From an uncultured Hyphomonas sp. (GTDB lineage: Bacteria; Pseudomonadota; Alphaproteobacteria; Caulobacterales; Hyphomonadaceae), in NCBI GenBank assembly GCA_964567455.1, contig CAZMMU010000010.1, positions 496 through 64,495 of the forward strand: 64,000 nt of DNA. The letters run 5' to 3'. The notes beneath the pieces are model-generated. The model worked only from the letters and a program-made list of their open reading frames with translations, was not told the origin of the DNA and did no database searches. Every line of letters starts with the position of its first letter. The first letter of the stretch is position 1. This document shows positions 35,101-44,700 of this stretch, piece by piece. Position numbers and translations under genes: made by a program.

Positions 35101-35424
35101 CTGGAGGCAGGTGCCAAGGCTCTTAAGGATGCTTTGACAGAGGCGGAGACGCGTTTCCGTGTTCCACCAGAAACCAGAGGTATCGTCTTTAGCGCGGACA
35201 AGGTTGGCAGTCAGATTGGCACAGCGGCCTTCTATCTGGGTTCGACATTTGACGGGCCGTCATCGGCAGCTCTGGCCGAGTTGGACCGCGCGCGTGTGGC
35301 CGTTGATCAAGCCATCACCAGCACGAATGATGTGCTCAACACGCAGTTGGCTGATTTCCGCACCGCTGTCGAGGCGGCTGGGCTTGGCCTGCTCAACCAG
35401 AGTCCGGTGACGCAGACGCCTTAA
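32191..35424 (+). CDS. Large secreted BNR/Asp-box repeat (sortilin/VPS10-like beta-propeller) protein
   Basis: The start is at MLKQFFAGTVLLILSGLFAASAQE (signal peptide). It has repeated S-x-D-x-G-x-T-W-type Asp-boxes (SENGGLNW, SLDGGQTW, TTDGGESW, SHDGGDNW, SDDGGRSW, SEDGGKTF, THDRGETW, STDRGLTW, SHDGGRRW). Confidence 0.75.
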   Translation: MLKQFFAGTVLLILSGLFAASAQEVDPSLYSGLEARLVGPAGMSGRIAAVDAVADDPNHIVVGASTGGVWISENGGLNWTPVFDDQPVASIGAVAINQTNPDIIWVGTGEGNVRNSTSVGGGVFKSLDGGQTWTHVGLEGTERIHRIALHPTNPDVAYIAALGPLWSAGEDRGLYRTTDGGESWEKILYVNDSTGATDIRMMPGNPQKLFAGMWEFRRWPYFFKSGGEGSGLYVSHDGGDNWTELTEDDGLPKGELGRSSFAMSPADPKRVYALIEAEESALARSDDGGRSWTLVNTDFDINDRPFYYGDLAVDPQNANRVYRIGSRVKVSEDGGKTFEYMPAIDCCAASNTVHIDTHAWWINPNDPRHMIDGNDGGIAITHDRGETWRFVRNLPLAQFYHIAVDNEVPYNILGGLQDNGSWRGPSEVFENGGIRNFHWQEVAFGDGFDTRADPENANRGYAMSQGGVLYRWDLDSGESRLIKPDPVAGTDLRFNWNAGFAQDPFDPATIYLGSQFVHKSTDRGLTWQVVSGDLTTNNPDVQTFRESGGLTPDVTAAENYTSITMIAPSPLEEGVIWVGSDDGRVHVSRNAGEDWQSVEGRLTDGPDGAWVPMIYPSPHDASVAFIVLDDHRNGDMTPYAYRLENYGRTWVPLVDGAVSGYATSILQDSVDPDLLFLGTEFGLHISHDGGRRWMKWTQGVPTVQIADLALQARESDLIVGTHGRAAFVIEDIAAIRNLSARNFSERFALLNITHGQQYRPAQTPSTRFTGSGEFRASNAPYGVMITFMASGSDLTHPDKERERARAAAARRAAGEDKDDVSKPLKATITVMNAAGETIRTFKTDVHQGINRAVWNLRRDGLRPVSADDAPKDGTLPAGREVVPGTYTVRIAFDGRQASGAIEVLADPRSPYSLDAQVANAAALDEVEALQERMNGALRNILAARRDVETVETLIKAETAGLEPDAHPYADLEAGAKALKDALTEAETRFRVPPETRGIVFSADKVGSQIGTAAFYLGSTFDGPSSAALAELDRARVAVDQAITSTNDVLNTQLADFRTAVEAAGLGLLNQSPVTQTP

Positions 35425-35984
35425 AGCTCGAGTTTGAGGTCGAAGGCCCTTTTGGGCAGGGGCTTGTGTTCAGCAAGCTCCTCCAGCGTGCAGCCTTTCA
35501 TTTCATGCGGGAAGACGAGCCAGTCATCGACTTCATGGATGTAGAAGTCAGGGACGCGCTGGGTCTTGTTTTTTCCGGGCTTGTAGTAGACGGTCGCCAC
35601 TTTAATATCGTCGGGCGTGTTGCGACGGCTCTTGGCCTGCAAATTTTCGAGAATGGCGGAAATGCTCCGTCCACTGTCGAACACGTCGTCAATAATCAGA
35701 AGCTTGTCATCGACATTGATGGTATCGACGACATGTTGAAGGCCGAACACCTGCACCGTGTCCGAAGCCACCATGCCGCTGCCATAGGACGAGGTGCGGA
35801 TCGCGAAATGGTTCATCTTCAGACCATATATTTCGAACAATTCCTGAACGGCAATGCCAACCGGCGTACCGCCACGCCAAACGCCAAGCAGAAAAGTAGG
35901 TCGGAACCCGGATTCCAGCACCCGCATGCCAAGCTCGAATGAGTCTCTGAGGAGATCTTCAGCGCTGATAAATTGCTTGCTCAT
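35421..35984 (-). CDS. Phosphoribosyltransferase family protein (purine PRT-like)
   Basis: 187 aa with the PRPP-binding motif LLIIDDVFDSGRS. Confidence 0.7.
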   Translation of the reverse strand: MSKQFISAEDLLRDSFELGMRVLESGFRPTFLLGVWRGGTPVGIAVQELFEIYGLKMNHFAIRTSSYGSGMVASDTVQVFGLQHVVDTINVDDKLLIIDDVFDSGRSISAILENLQAKSRRNTPDDIKVATVYYKPGKNKTQRVPDFYIHEVDDWLVFPHEMKGCTLEELAEHKPLPKRAFDLKLEL

Positions 35985-36164
35985 ATGGATTTACACACCG
36001 TTCTGATTTCTGAGTTGGGTCTATAGCAGGGGAAGGTCTGCCTGTGTCCAGAAAAATGTAAATGTAGAGTTGTTGTGCCGCTGGACGGCCCTATACTCCG
36101 GCCAAGGTTTGGGCATCAGATCGTCATGTGTGCTCTGCTCGAGGATGGGTGAGGAAATGCCAGA

Positions 36165-37085
36165 ATGAAAATGATTATTGATACGGACCCGGGCGTTGAT
36201 GATGCTATGGCCTATTTTTATGCGCGCGCGCACCAAGAGATCGAACTCATTGCGCTGACCACGATTTTCGGGAATGTCACCATAGAAGATGCAGTGCAAA
36301 ACGCGCTTTGGCTCGGTGATCTGTCTGGTGGACGCGAACCTGTCTATCCTGGGCATGCTGTCCCGCTTCAGATTTCGCCCAATCCGCCAGCTGATTTTGT
36401 CCATGGGAAGCACGGGTTCGGCGATGTCGAAATTGGCACAATCAAGCGGAAGGCAGAAACCGAGGATGCGGCTGATTTTCTGGTCCGCGCTGCGCGTGAG
36501 GCGCGGGGAGACATCACACTTTGCGCGATTGGTCCGCTGACCAATGTGGCACGTGCGATACAGAAAGATGCGGAGTTTGTGTCCAATCTTGCCCAGCTCG
36601 TCATTATGGGCGGGGCGCTTGATGCGGTCGGTAATGTGGGGTCCTTTGCCGAAGCAAACTTCTGGAACGATCCGCATGCAGCTAATATTGTCGTCAATGC
36701 GCCCGGGAGTGGCCGGATTATTATTGTTGGACTGGATGTAACGAGCCAGATCGAATGTCGGGTGCAGGATTTTGATGCATTGGTAGACGCATCCCCGATT
36801 GCCGGCGAATTTCTGCGCCAGATTGCGCAATTCTATATGGAGTTTTACAAAGCAAAAACGGGACGCCTCAGCTGTCATTTGCATGACCCGTCGGCGGTTA
36901 TTGCTTGCACCATGCCCGAGCTTATGGAGATGGAAGAAACCGCGCTGAGCGTTGTGACGTCTGGTGAAGAGATTGGTAATCTGGTTCGCAAAACGGGGGG
37001 CGGGCGCAAGTGCTTCGTGTGTATGGGAGTGCGGGCGGATGCTTTGTTGGATGAGTTTCGGCGCACGGTCGCGTTAAACCCGTAA
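36165..37085 (+). CDS. Nucleoside hydrolase (inosine/uridine-preferring family)
   Basis: It has the N-terminal fingerprint IIDTDPGVDDA (DxDxxxDD). Confidence 0.85.
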   Translation: MKMIIDTDPGVDDAMAYFYARAHQEIELIALTTIFGNVTIEDAVQNALWLGDLSGGREPVYPGHAVPLQISPNPPADFVHGKHGFGDVEIGTIKRKAETEDAADFLVRAAREARGDITLCAIGPLTNVARAIQKDAEFVSNLAQLVIMGGALDAVGNVGSFAEANFWNDPHAANIVVNAPGSGRIIIVGLDVTSQIECRVQDFDALVDASPIAGEFLRQIAQFYMEFYKAKTGRLSCHLHDPSAVIACTMPELMEMEETALSVVTSGEEIGNLVRKTGGGRKCFVCMGVRADALLDEFRRTVALNP

Positions 37086-38047
37086 TGTCTGAGAGGTTGG
37101 AGCGCTATATGGATCGAGGTGTATTGGTTGTTGGCAGTATCAATCATGATGCGATTTATAATGTGGCGCACCTGCCAAAGCCACATGAGACTGTGCCCGC
37201 GAGCGGGTTTACGACCGCGCCCGGCGGCAAAGGCGCGAATCAGGCGGCCGCTTGTGCTCTGGCGACCGATCGTCCCGTGCGGATGCTTGGCTGTGTCGGA
37301 GACGATATGGCTGCCGCCTTCTGCCTGACCTATCTGGACGGGCAAACGGTGGATACTTCGCATATTGTGCGGCACGATGCTCTGCCGACGGGGACGGCTT
37401 GTATTCTGGTGAATGCGGCGGGGGACAATCTTATTGTTGTGGCGGCTGGAGCAAATGGCGGCCTTACGCCGGCGCATATCTCGGGCGCGCGCGATCTGTT
37501 CGCTGACAGCGAGATCATACTGACGCAATTGGAGAGCCCGCTTGATGCCGTGCGCAGCAGTTTGATGCAGGCGCGTGAACTGGGCAAACTGTCGATCCTC
37601 AATCCGGCTCCTTTTGTCGAGGGAGCCGGGACACTTGTCGCTCTTGCTGATGTGATCACGCCGAACCAGACCGAGGCCAGCTCGCTGACGGGCGTTGATG
37701 TACAGGATGAAGCGGGCGCACGTCTGGCCGCTCAAGAGCTGCTGGACATGGGTGCGCAGCAGGTTGTCGTGACACTTGGTCAGAATGGTTCGCTGGTCGC
37801 GACGCCGACGGCTGTGCGCTATGTGCCAGCTTACAAGATTGACAATGTCGTCGATACCAGCGGGGCGGGCGACGTCTATAATGGCGCGCTTGCTGGTGCA
37901 TTGTCGGATGGGGCCAATCTTGTGGAGGCAGCGCTTTTCGCTTCGGCGGCGGCGGCCATGTCTGTTCAAAAGCCCACCGCGAGCCATTGCGCGCCGACCC
38001 GCAAGGAGACTTTGGCTTTTCAAGCTGCGCGGCGTGCCGGACAATGA
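37085..38047 (+). CDS. rbsK: Ribokinase (PfkB family)
   Basis: It has GGKGANQA and the C-terminal DTSGAGDVYNGAL motifs. Its start overlaps the nucleoside hydrolase stop (TAATG). Confidence 0.85.
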   Translation: MSERLERYMDRGVLVVGSINHDAIYNVAHLPKPHETVPASGFTTAPGGKGANQAAACALATDRPVRMLGCVGDDMAAAFCLTYLDGQTVDTSHIVRHDALPTGTACILVNAAGDNLIVVAAGANGGLTPAHISGARDLFADSEIILTQLESPLDAVRSSLMQARELGKLSILNPAPFVEGAGTLVALADVITPNQTEASSLTGVDVQDEAGARLAAQELLDMGAQQVVVTLGQNGSLVATPTAVRYVPAYKIDNVVDTSGAGDVYNGALAGALSDGANLVEAALFASAAAAMSVQKPTASHCAPTRKETLAFQAARRAGQ

Positions 38048-38703
38048 CGAGCCCCTTCTTCGTTGAAGACGGTTTGGAGGTCTGGCGCACCAGCATTGAC
38101 ACAGGCGTATCAGCTTCGCCAGAAACGCTTGGCAAGATGTCCGCCGAGGATCGGGCGCGTTATGAGCGGCTCATTGTTCCGTCCGAGCGGAGCGCGTTCG
38201 CGGAATCCCGACGTGTGCTTAGGCGGATTGTCCAGCGGTCGAAGCTTGTGGCGAGTGATGTCGAAATCAGAGCGGATCAGGCGGCGCGGCCCGTGTTCTC
38301 GGGGAACACGAAGGCGCATATTTCCTGGTCGAGAAGTGGCCGGGCTATGGCCGTGGCTATCTGCACAAGCGGGTCTGTTGGGATTGATATTGAGCACCGA
38401 CGCGCGATGTCATACGCGCCCATGCTCGCCATGATCAGCGATGACGCTGAGCGCGCCGCTTTTGCGCAAATTCCTGCGCACGAGAAAGAGCATGCGTTCT
38501 TGCGGCTGTGGACGATCAAGGAAGCTGTTCTAAAATGTTTGGGCACAGGCTTCCAGACCAATGCGAAACGCATTGTGCCGCCCGTTACAGCTTATGCAGC
38601 GATGCCGATATCGCCTGTCTTGCTGACCTGTCTGGACCAAGGCTTCCGGCTAACCCTCTTTGAGGACGGTGCAAGCCTTATGTGTCTGGCGCGAGCGGTT
38701 TAG
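38044..38703 (+). CDS. 4'-phosphopantetheinyl transferase, Sfp-type
   Basis: The start is at MTSPFFVEDG (ATGA overlap with the rbsK stop). It has the VGIDIE and WTIKEAVLKCLG motifs of Sfp/PfaE-type PPTases. Confidence 0.8.
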   Translation: MTSPFFVEDGLEVWRTSIDTGVSASPETLGKMSAEDRARYERLIVPSERSAFAESRRVLRRIVQRSKLVASDVEIRADQAARPVFSGNTKAHISWSRSGRAMAVAICTSGSVGIDIEHRRAMSYAPMLAMISDDAERAAFAQIPAHEKEHAFLRLWTIKEAVLKCLGTGFQTNAKRIVPPVTAYAAMPISPVLLTCLDQGFRLTLFEDGASLMCLARAV

Positions 38704-41700
38704 GGGGCTTTCGGGACCAGTCTGATGGATAGATCATTGGCTTCGTAGATGCGCAGGGCGTCACACCATAGAGATCCACGTGCGGTGATGAGCTGCGTAT
38801 CGCCAGCGTCCACGATGCTGGTGATCTCGATAATTGTCGTCACCCGTTTCCGGATCGGCGTGACTTGCCCACGATAGGACCAGCTGACCGGTTCGCCCGT
38901 TGCGGTGGATTCAAATCGTAGCGTGCTGTCATCCAAGGCCAAACCTTTGAGGATGGCGGCGCGCTTTAGGAGTTGGACCATGGCGTCAAGGCCCAATGAA
39001 CCTGGCTGAACAGGGTCCTGGTAGAAGTGGGCTTTGAAATACCAGGCATAGGGGTCAATGTCTTGTTGACCACGGATCAGGCCAAGTCGAGCTTCGCCGC
39101 CGCTGGGATCAAAATAGTCGACGCGGTCAAGCATTCTCATGCGGCCATCGGGCAGCAGGGACTGACCCTCATTTATGATTTGCGGTGTTTCGGGCAATGC
39201 CAAGAACGCGCGTTGTGCGTCTGTGGTTTTTAGTCCAGCCTGGCGGACCAGTGCGTCGAGCGGGAAGAAACCGAAGCTGGTCTCTAGCGTCATGACAATT
39301 TCGCCGTCCGGAAGTGTGGCGGTCAGTTCGAAAAAGACGATGGTCATCGGACCTGCGCGCGAGAACCGCGTCATTTTTGATGTCACCCGTATTGGCCCGT
39401 CGCCCGGGCCGATCTCGCGTAAGACGTGGCCATTGCCATCAAGATTACGAAAGCACTCTCCGCCATTGAGTGCAAATCCACCATGGCTGGCGAGCCAGCC
39501 ACAGGGTTGGAGGACGACTTCGACAAGCACGGCGAACGGCATTTTTCCGTTGGCATTGTCAGCGAAATACCAGGCGTCGTCAGGGACATCATATTCGGTG
39601 ACGACGGTTGCGCCGTCTTCGGGGGCGTTAGGACGTGTCGAGATCGATAAGACGCGCGAAATAAAGTGGTAGGGCGGTTGTGGCAGGCGGGGTACGCGTC
39701 CAGCGGTATCGAATGGCTTGTACATGGCACCAAATGCGTCTGATGGTGCGCCATCTCCACACGCCTGAAGCGCTGCCCAATCGCCGCGTGACTCACCTTG
39801 GGGGCCAATCGGTGTCTTGATCGTGCCAGCGGGTACAACCGGCCAATTGCGCCGCAGGCGAATGCCGAATCTTGGACAGTAAAAGACTTTCTTCCCGTCA
39901 CTTGTCGCGAGCAATGCTGCAAAGAGCACTGGTGTGTCGCCGTCGATAATTTCGTCGATGAAAATTTCATATTCGAGATCGTGAGGCATGTCCGGGATGA
40001 CTTGGCCTCGGCAGACAAATTTAAAGGTCTCGTCGCTGACGGGTTCAATCGTAAAACCATCGCAGGCGATGGTTAGCCCAATCGCGGCGGCGTAGAATTC
40101 GAGCGCTTGCACGGCCGCTTCGGCCATCAGCGTTCCTGGCATGCAGGGGTCTTCATGGAAATGGCCATCATAGAACCACGCATCCGTAGGCACATGGGCG
40201 TGGGCCTTCAAATAGCCGCGTTTCCACGGGCCGCCGTTTGGCGCGAAGATAGAAACGTGGTCGAAGAGAGCCAGTTGAGCGTCCGGTATGTACGGCGGGT
40301 TCGTATGTGGCGCACAGGCTTCGAAGCCCTCTCCGAAGCAGGCATACGCGTCTCCTGTGCGAAATTTTGCGAGATCATTGGGTGAGAAACTTGTTTTCTG
40401 TGAGACGGTTTGCGGGGTGAACGGAGCCGGAGCGGCTGTTGGCGGGGCGCTCTTTTGGGCGCTCCAGAGTACGCCCTTGCCAGCGGCCAATTCGTCATCT
40501 GTGAAGAACCCCGCCTGTCCGTTGCGGACGGAAAATAGACGGCGGCCATTTGTGTAACAATCATACTGGAAAAAGAACATGCGTACACCGCTCAGTGTCG
40601 CGTGGCCTGTGATCTCGATCTGGTATTTCAGCGTGTCGCCTGCGCGAGGCAGTCCGCCATCATGGAGGGTGAGCTCGCAGCCAAGCAGCCTGTAGACCCG
40701 TTCATCGCAATTTTTGAGATCGGCCCCCATCCATGAAATCAGCGATAGATCGGCTTGCCCGGCTTCAATCAGAGGGCCCGGCCGCATAAAGCCCTCATGC
40801 ATATACCACGCATCCTCGTTTACGTCGGTTTCTGTCCAGATGCGCCCCTTGCCTTCGGTGAGCGGGGCTGCGTCAATTCCGGTAATTCGGTCGACGAGCA
40901 AAAGGGGTGGGTTAGGCAGTCGGACCTGACGACGATACTGATCCTGCCTGGAGAAGGCTTCGCCGAACAAATCGGAGATCAAGCCTGTCGACGCTTTCTC
41001 GATTTGCGGACGGGCGAAGCTGGGGCCAGTTGGCGGGAAAGGCGGAAGGGCCAGTTTGCTGGTGGGGATACTATTGGGCGCAGGCGCTCTCTGGGGGATA
41101 TCTGCCACCAATGTCCCGAAATTCGGGCGCGCGAGCGATGGGGCGACTGGCATTATGGCGCGATCTGTCATGGGGGCTTCTGTGTCCGTGATTGGGTCCA
41201 AGCGAGGCGCAGGGAGGTGAGCTGGATGTGTCAGTTTTGGCGATGGGCCGGACGCGTGGGACCAGCCTGTTTTGCGGGCAGCCTCAAGTGTCGCGCTGAC
41301 CTTGGCCATGTCTGGCGACCGTCCATCGGCGAAGAGCGCACAAGACAGGGCCGTGATCTGACCAAGATCGGACATGTCAATCCGGTCCGCCGGAATGGCA
41401 AGGTGCGGCTTTTGTCCGAGGGTTTTTGCAATGCCCTGCGAGAGGGTATCGCGGGGGCCGATTTCGACGAAGGTGCGGACGCCGTCCTGATAAGCCTGCT
41501 TGACGGTGGCTGGAAAATTGATCGGACTGATCGCTTGCCGCGTCAGTACGCTCGCAACTTTCGCCTTGGTTGGTTTGTAGGCAGCGTTCCCCGCATTGCT
41601 ATAAAGGCGCACATCCGGCTTGGCCGATGTCGGACGTGTATGCAGCCGACGCCACGTATCGGCATAGGGCGTCATGGCATTGGCGTGGACGATCAAGTGC

Positions 41701-44700
41701 TGGTTCATTGCCATGCCTGATCCCGCGCCGAGGCGCGCAGCGACCGCTTTGCAGGCGTCTGGCGGACCGCCTATGACGCAATCTTCAGGGGAGTAGATGA
41801 TCGTGATCTCGACGTTCGAGCCTTCCGGAATCGCCTTCTCCACGGCGGCAATGGGCGCGTAGATATGCCAGTTGGTCCACTTGGCAGGATGGTCTAAGCC
41901 CCAGGCCTCGCGCGCCGTTTCAAACGCACCGCCGAGGTGACGCTCATACATTTCGTCCGCCGCGATCTCGTCAAGCAGATAACCTGCATCTTTCCAGAAT
42001 TTAAAAGCGATCAGGGCATTGGTTTCGCCAAGCGATAGGCCCATCACGGCATCTGGTTTCAGGCCCAGCATGTCGCGCAACAGCAGGGTTTGCACCTGAC
42101 TTAGCAAGGTCACAGCGCAAAGCTGCTCATAGGCGCTGAGTTCGGGCTTGGACAAAAGATGCGCAATGCGTGCGGCCTCCGGGAACGCGTCACCCATGCG
42201 GGCTGAAAGGTCCGGAAAGGCCATGAACAGGCCTCGCCCCATGCGCGGATATGCGGCGGCAGATCCGGTAAATACGAAGGCCATCTCGCCGGTTGCTTTA
42301 CCTGATCCGAATGTGATGCCTTCGCTCGCCGGTACTTGACCCGCTTGGAGCGCCATTTGCGCGATCCTCTGGCGTTTGGCGAGACTATCAGCGCTGGATG
42401 CATGTATTGCGATGCGGGCTGTGCCAGCGCCGCCCGTCTTGTTGCGTTCGATGCGCGCGGCAAGCGCCTTTTTCGACTTTGCTGCGGCCCAGTACATGTG
42501 AGGCGCAGGTCGCAGGGGGTCGCCCGATGTTGCAGCTTCGGTGAGTTGCCAAGCGCCATAGGTCGGTGGTGCTTTGGTCACGCGTGGTTTCGAATAGGGC
42601 TCTGGTCCGATGCGATGCCCTTTGCGCGCCAGAAGGGCTGCCGCTGCAAGATGGAAGAGATCGTCTGCTATGGGGGCGCGGCCATAGACGGTTTCGATCA
42701 ATTTGTACGCATGGTGATCTACTCCGAAGGCTTTGGCGGACGCGACTGTGGCATACTCGACCTCACTTTCGCTTAGGTCACTTCGGCGCTTGAGTATGAG
42801 ACATGCAGCCAGATCGGCTGGCACGGTGGTTTGTCCGCTGGTGGCGAGCGCCTGAGCGCGGACGGGCTCGGTTGCAAAGTCAGCGGCGGCGACAATGGCG
42901 AGGTCAATCTCCCCCGCTTGCAAGGCCTCCAGGGCGAGGGCGAGTACTGTGCGGCCCGTTTGCTCTTCGGCAGAGATGGTGAACCCCTGACCACGTAGGT
43001 CAACCGCTGCGTTCAGACGATTGGCTGGCATATTCGGCATGGCCCCGAGGACATCCGCGCTTTCAATCGGGGCGGCGATCTGGTCTTTGCGCTGGTCAAG
43101 ATCCGGTTTGTCAAGCGTCTCGCCGAGCCGAGCGTCCAGCCTTTCGCGCAGGAGCCAGCGAGCTGAATCTGCTGCACATCCCATTCCCGTAAAGACACCA
43201 ACTCTGTGCAGAGGCCCAAGCTCGATGTTTGCCAGCGCTTCTTCGCTCGTGTCCAGAACTGCGAGTTGTTGAGCTTCAGCCTGCTTCAGATCGGCGGGGG
43301 GGACGCGGGCAAACGCTGGATTGAGTGGCAAGGTCTCGGATCTTCCTTGGCGTTGCAATGGGGGAGACATCAGCCGCCGGACAATTCGATTTCCGCCGCG
43401 ATCAGGCCCGGCCAGCGCGCCGATCCCGCATATCGAGATGGTATGCTGAGAGGCCCTTAAGGATGGCGCGGTTTGCTGGCGCGCGCGGTTCTTCGGTGGT
43501 TCTTCGAGAATGAGGTGGGCATTGTTGCCGCCAAAACCGAAATTGCTGATCGCTGCGCGCCTTGGCGCGTCTGCGTGCCATGGCGTTGCGGTTCTATGCG
43601 GGGTCATGCAGGTCGTGTCGAACGCGTCTATGGCGGTGTCGCTCAATCGCGTCGGCGGCAACGTCTTGTGCTCGAAGGCGCTTGTCATTTTGAGCAAGCT
43701 GGCCATCCCCGCTGCCGTAATCAAGTGTCCGGTGTTTGATTTGAGCGAGCCGACGGGCAGGGCGGAGCGGTCTTTAAACAGGCGTGCAGCAGAGCGGATC
43801 TCGACGCCATCACCCACAGGGGTACCGGTTGCATGGCATTCAAGATAGCCAATGGTATCAGGATGAATTTTCGCTGCGGCGTATGCGCGTTTCATGGCTT
43901 CGAGTTGGCCATCTTCGTCTGGCGCAAGCAGACCTCTGCGGCGGCCATCATTGGACAGACCGGTGCCTAGAATCAGACCGAAGATTTTCTCACTCTTGCT
44001 GACATCGGCAAGGCGTTTGAGCACAACAGCCGCAGCTCCTTCAGCAGGGATAAGGCCGTCGGCGCTTGTTGAAAAAGGTCTGGACTGACCACTGGGGCTC
44101 AAGGCGCGCAGGGCTTCAAACCCTTTGTGAAGCATGAGATTGTCAGATGCATTGACTGCGCCAACAAGGGCCACGTCAATTGTGCCGTGGCGTAGTTTCC
44201 GGCAGGCAATGTGCAGCGCATACAGAGATGAAGCGCAGGCTGCATCAAGGGAGAAAGCCGGGCCAGTTGCGTCGATCGACTGCATGATCAAGCTTGAGGG
44301 CAGTCCGGAATTGAAAGCGTTACGCGGATCAATGTCAGAGTGTCCGTTGAGCCAGATGTCGCCCGCATAGTCGGCTTTGGCGCGGCTCGGATAGGAGAGA
44401 TTCGCCAGAATGACGGCCGTGCGCCCGTTGGGCGCTTCGGGTCGTTCTGCTTCTATCCATGCGTCCTGCGCTGCTTTCAATGGCCATTGGAAAACCGGAT
44501 CAAGAGTTGCTGCGCCTAGCGGTTCAAAAGTGCTCGCGTCGAATGCGTCGGCAAAGCCTGAGACATATCCACCCGGATAGGAAAGTTTCGCGGCCTCTCT
44601 GTCGGACAGTCCCCAGATGTTTTCAGGTGGAGGCGTGATCAGGCTCTTGTTCTGCACGACGGCATCCCACAAAGCGTCGGGCGTCAGACAGCCGGGGAGT

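Noticed and set aside
36875-38044. Long antisense ORFs opposite well-supported genes. Examples: 36875-38044(-), 32281-33393(-), 28113-29219(-), 59599-60729(-), 13451-14383(-), 10821-11657(-), 26012-27034(-), 36021-36884(-), 52235-53119(-), 40755-41720(+), 15330-16298(+), 18254-19057(+).
   Set aside because: Their translations are Arg/Pro/Ser/Gly-rich low-information sequences with no recognisable motifs. Each lies fully inside a gene with strong family signatures on the other strand. This is the typical behaviour of shadow ORFs in GC-rich DNA.
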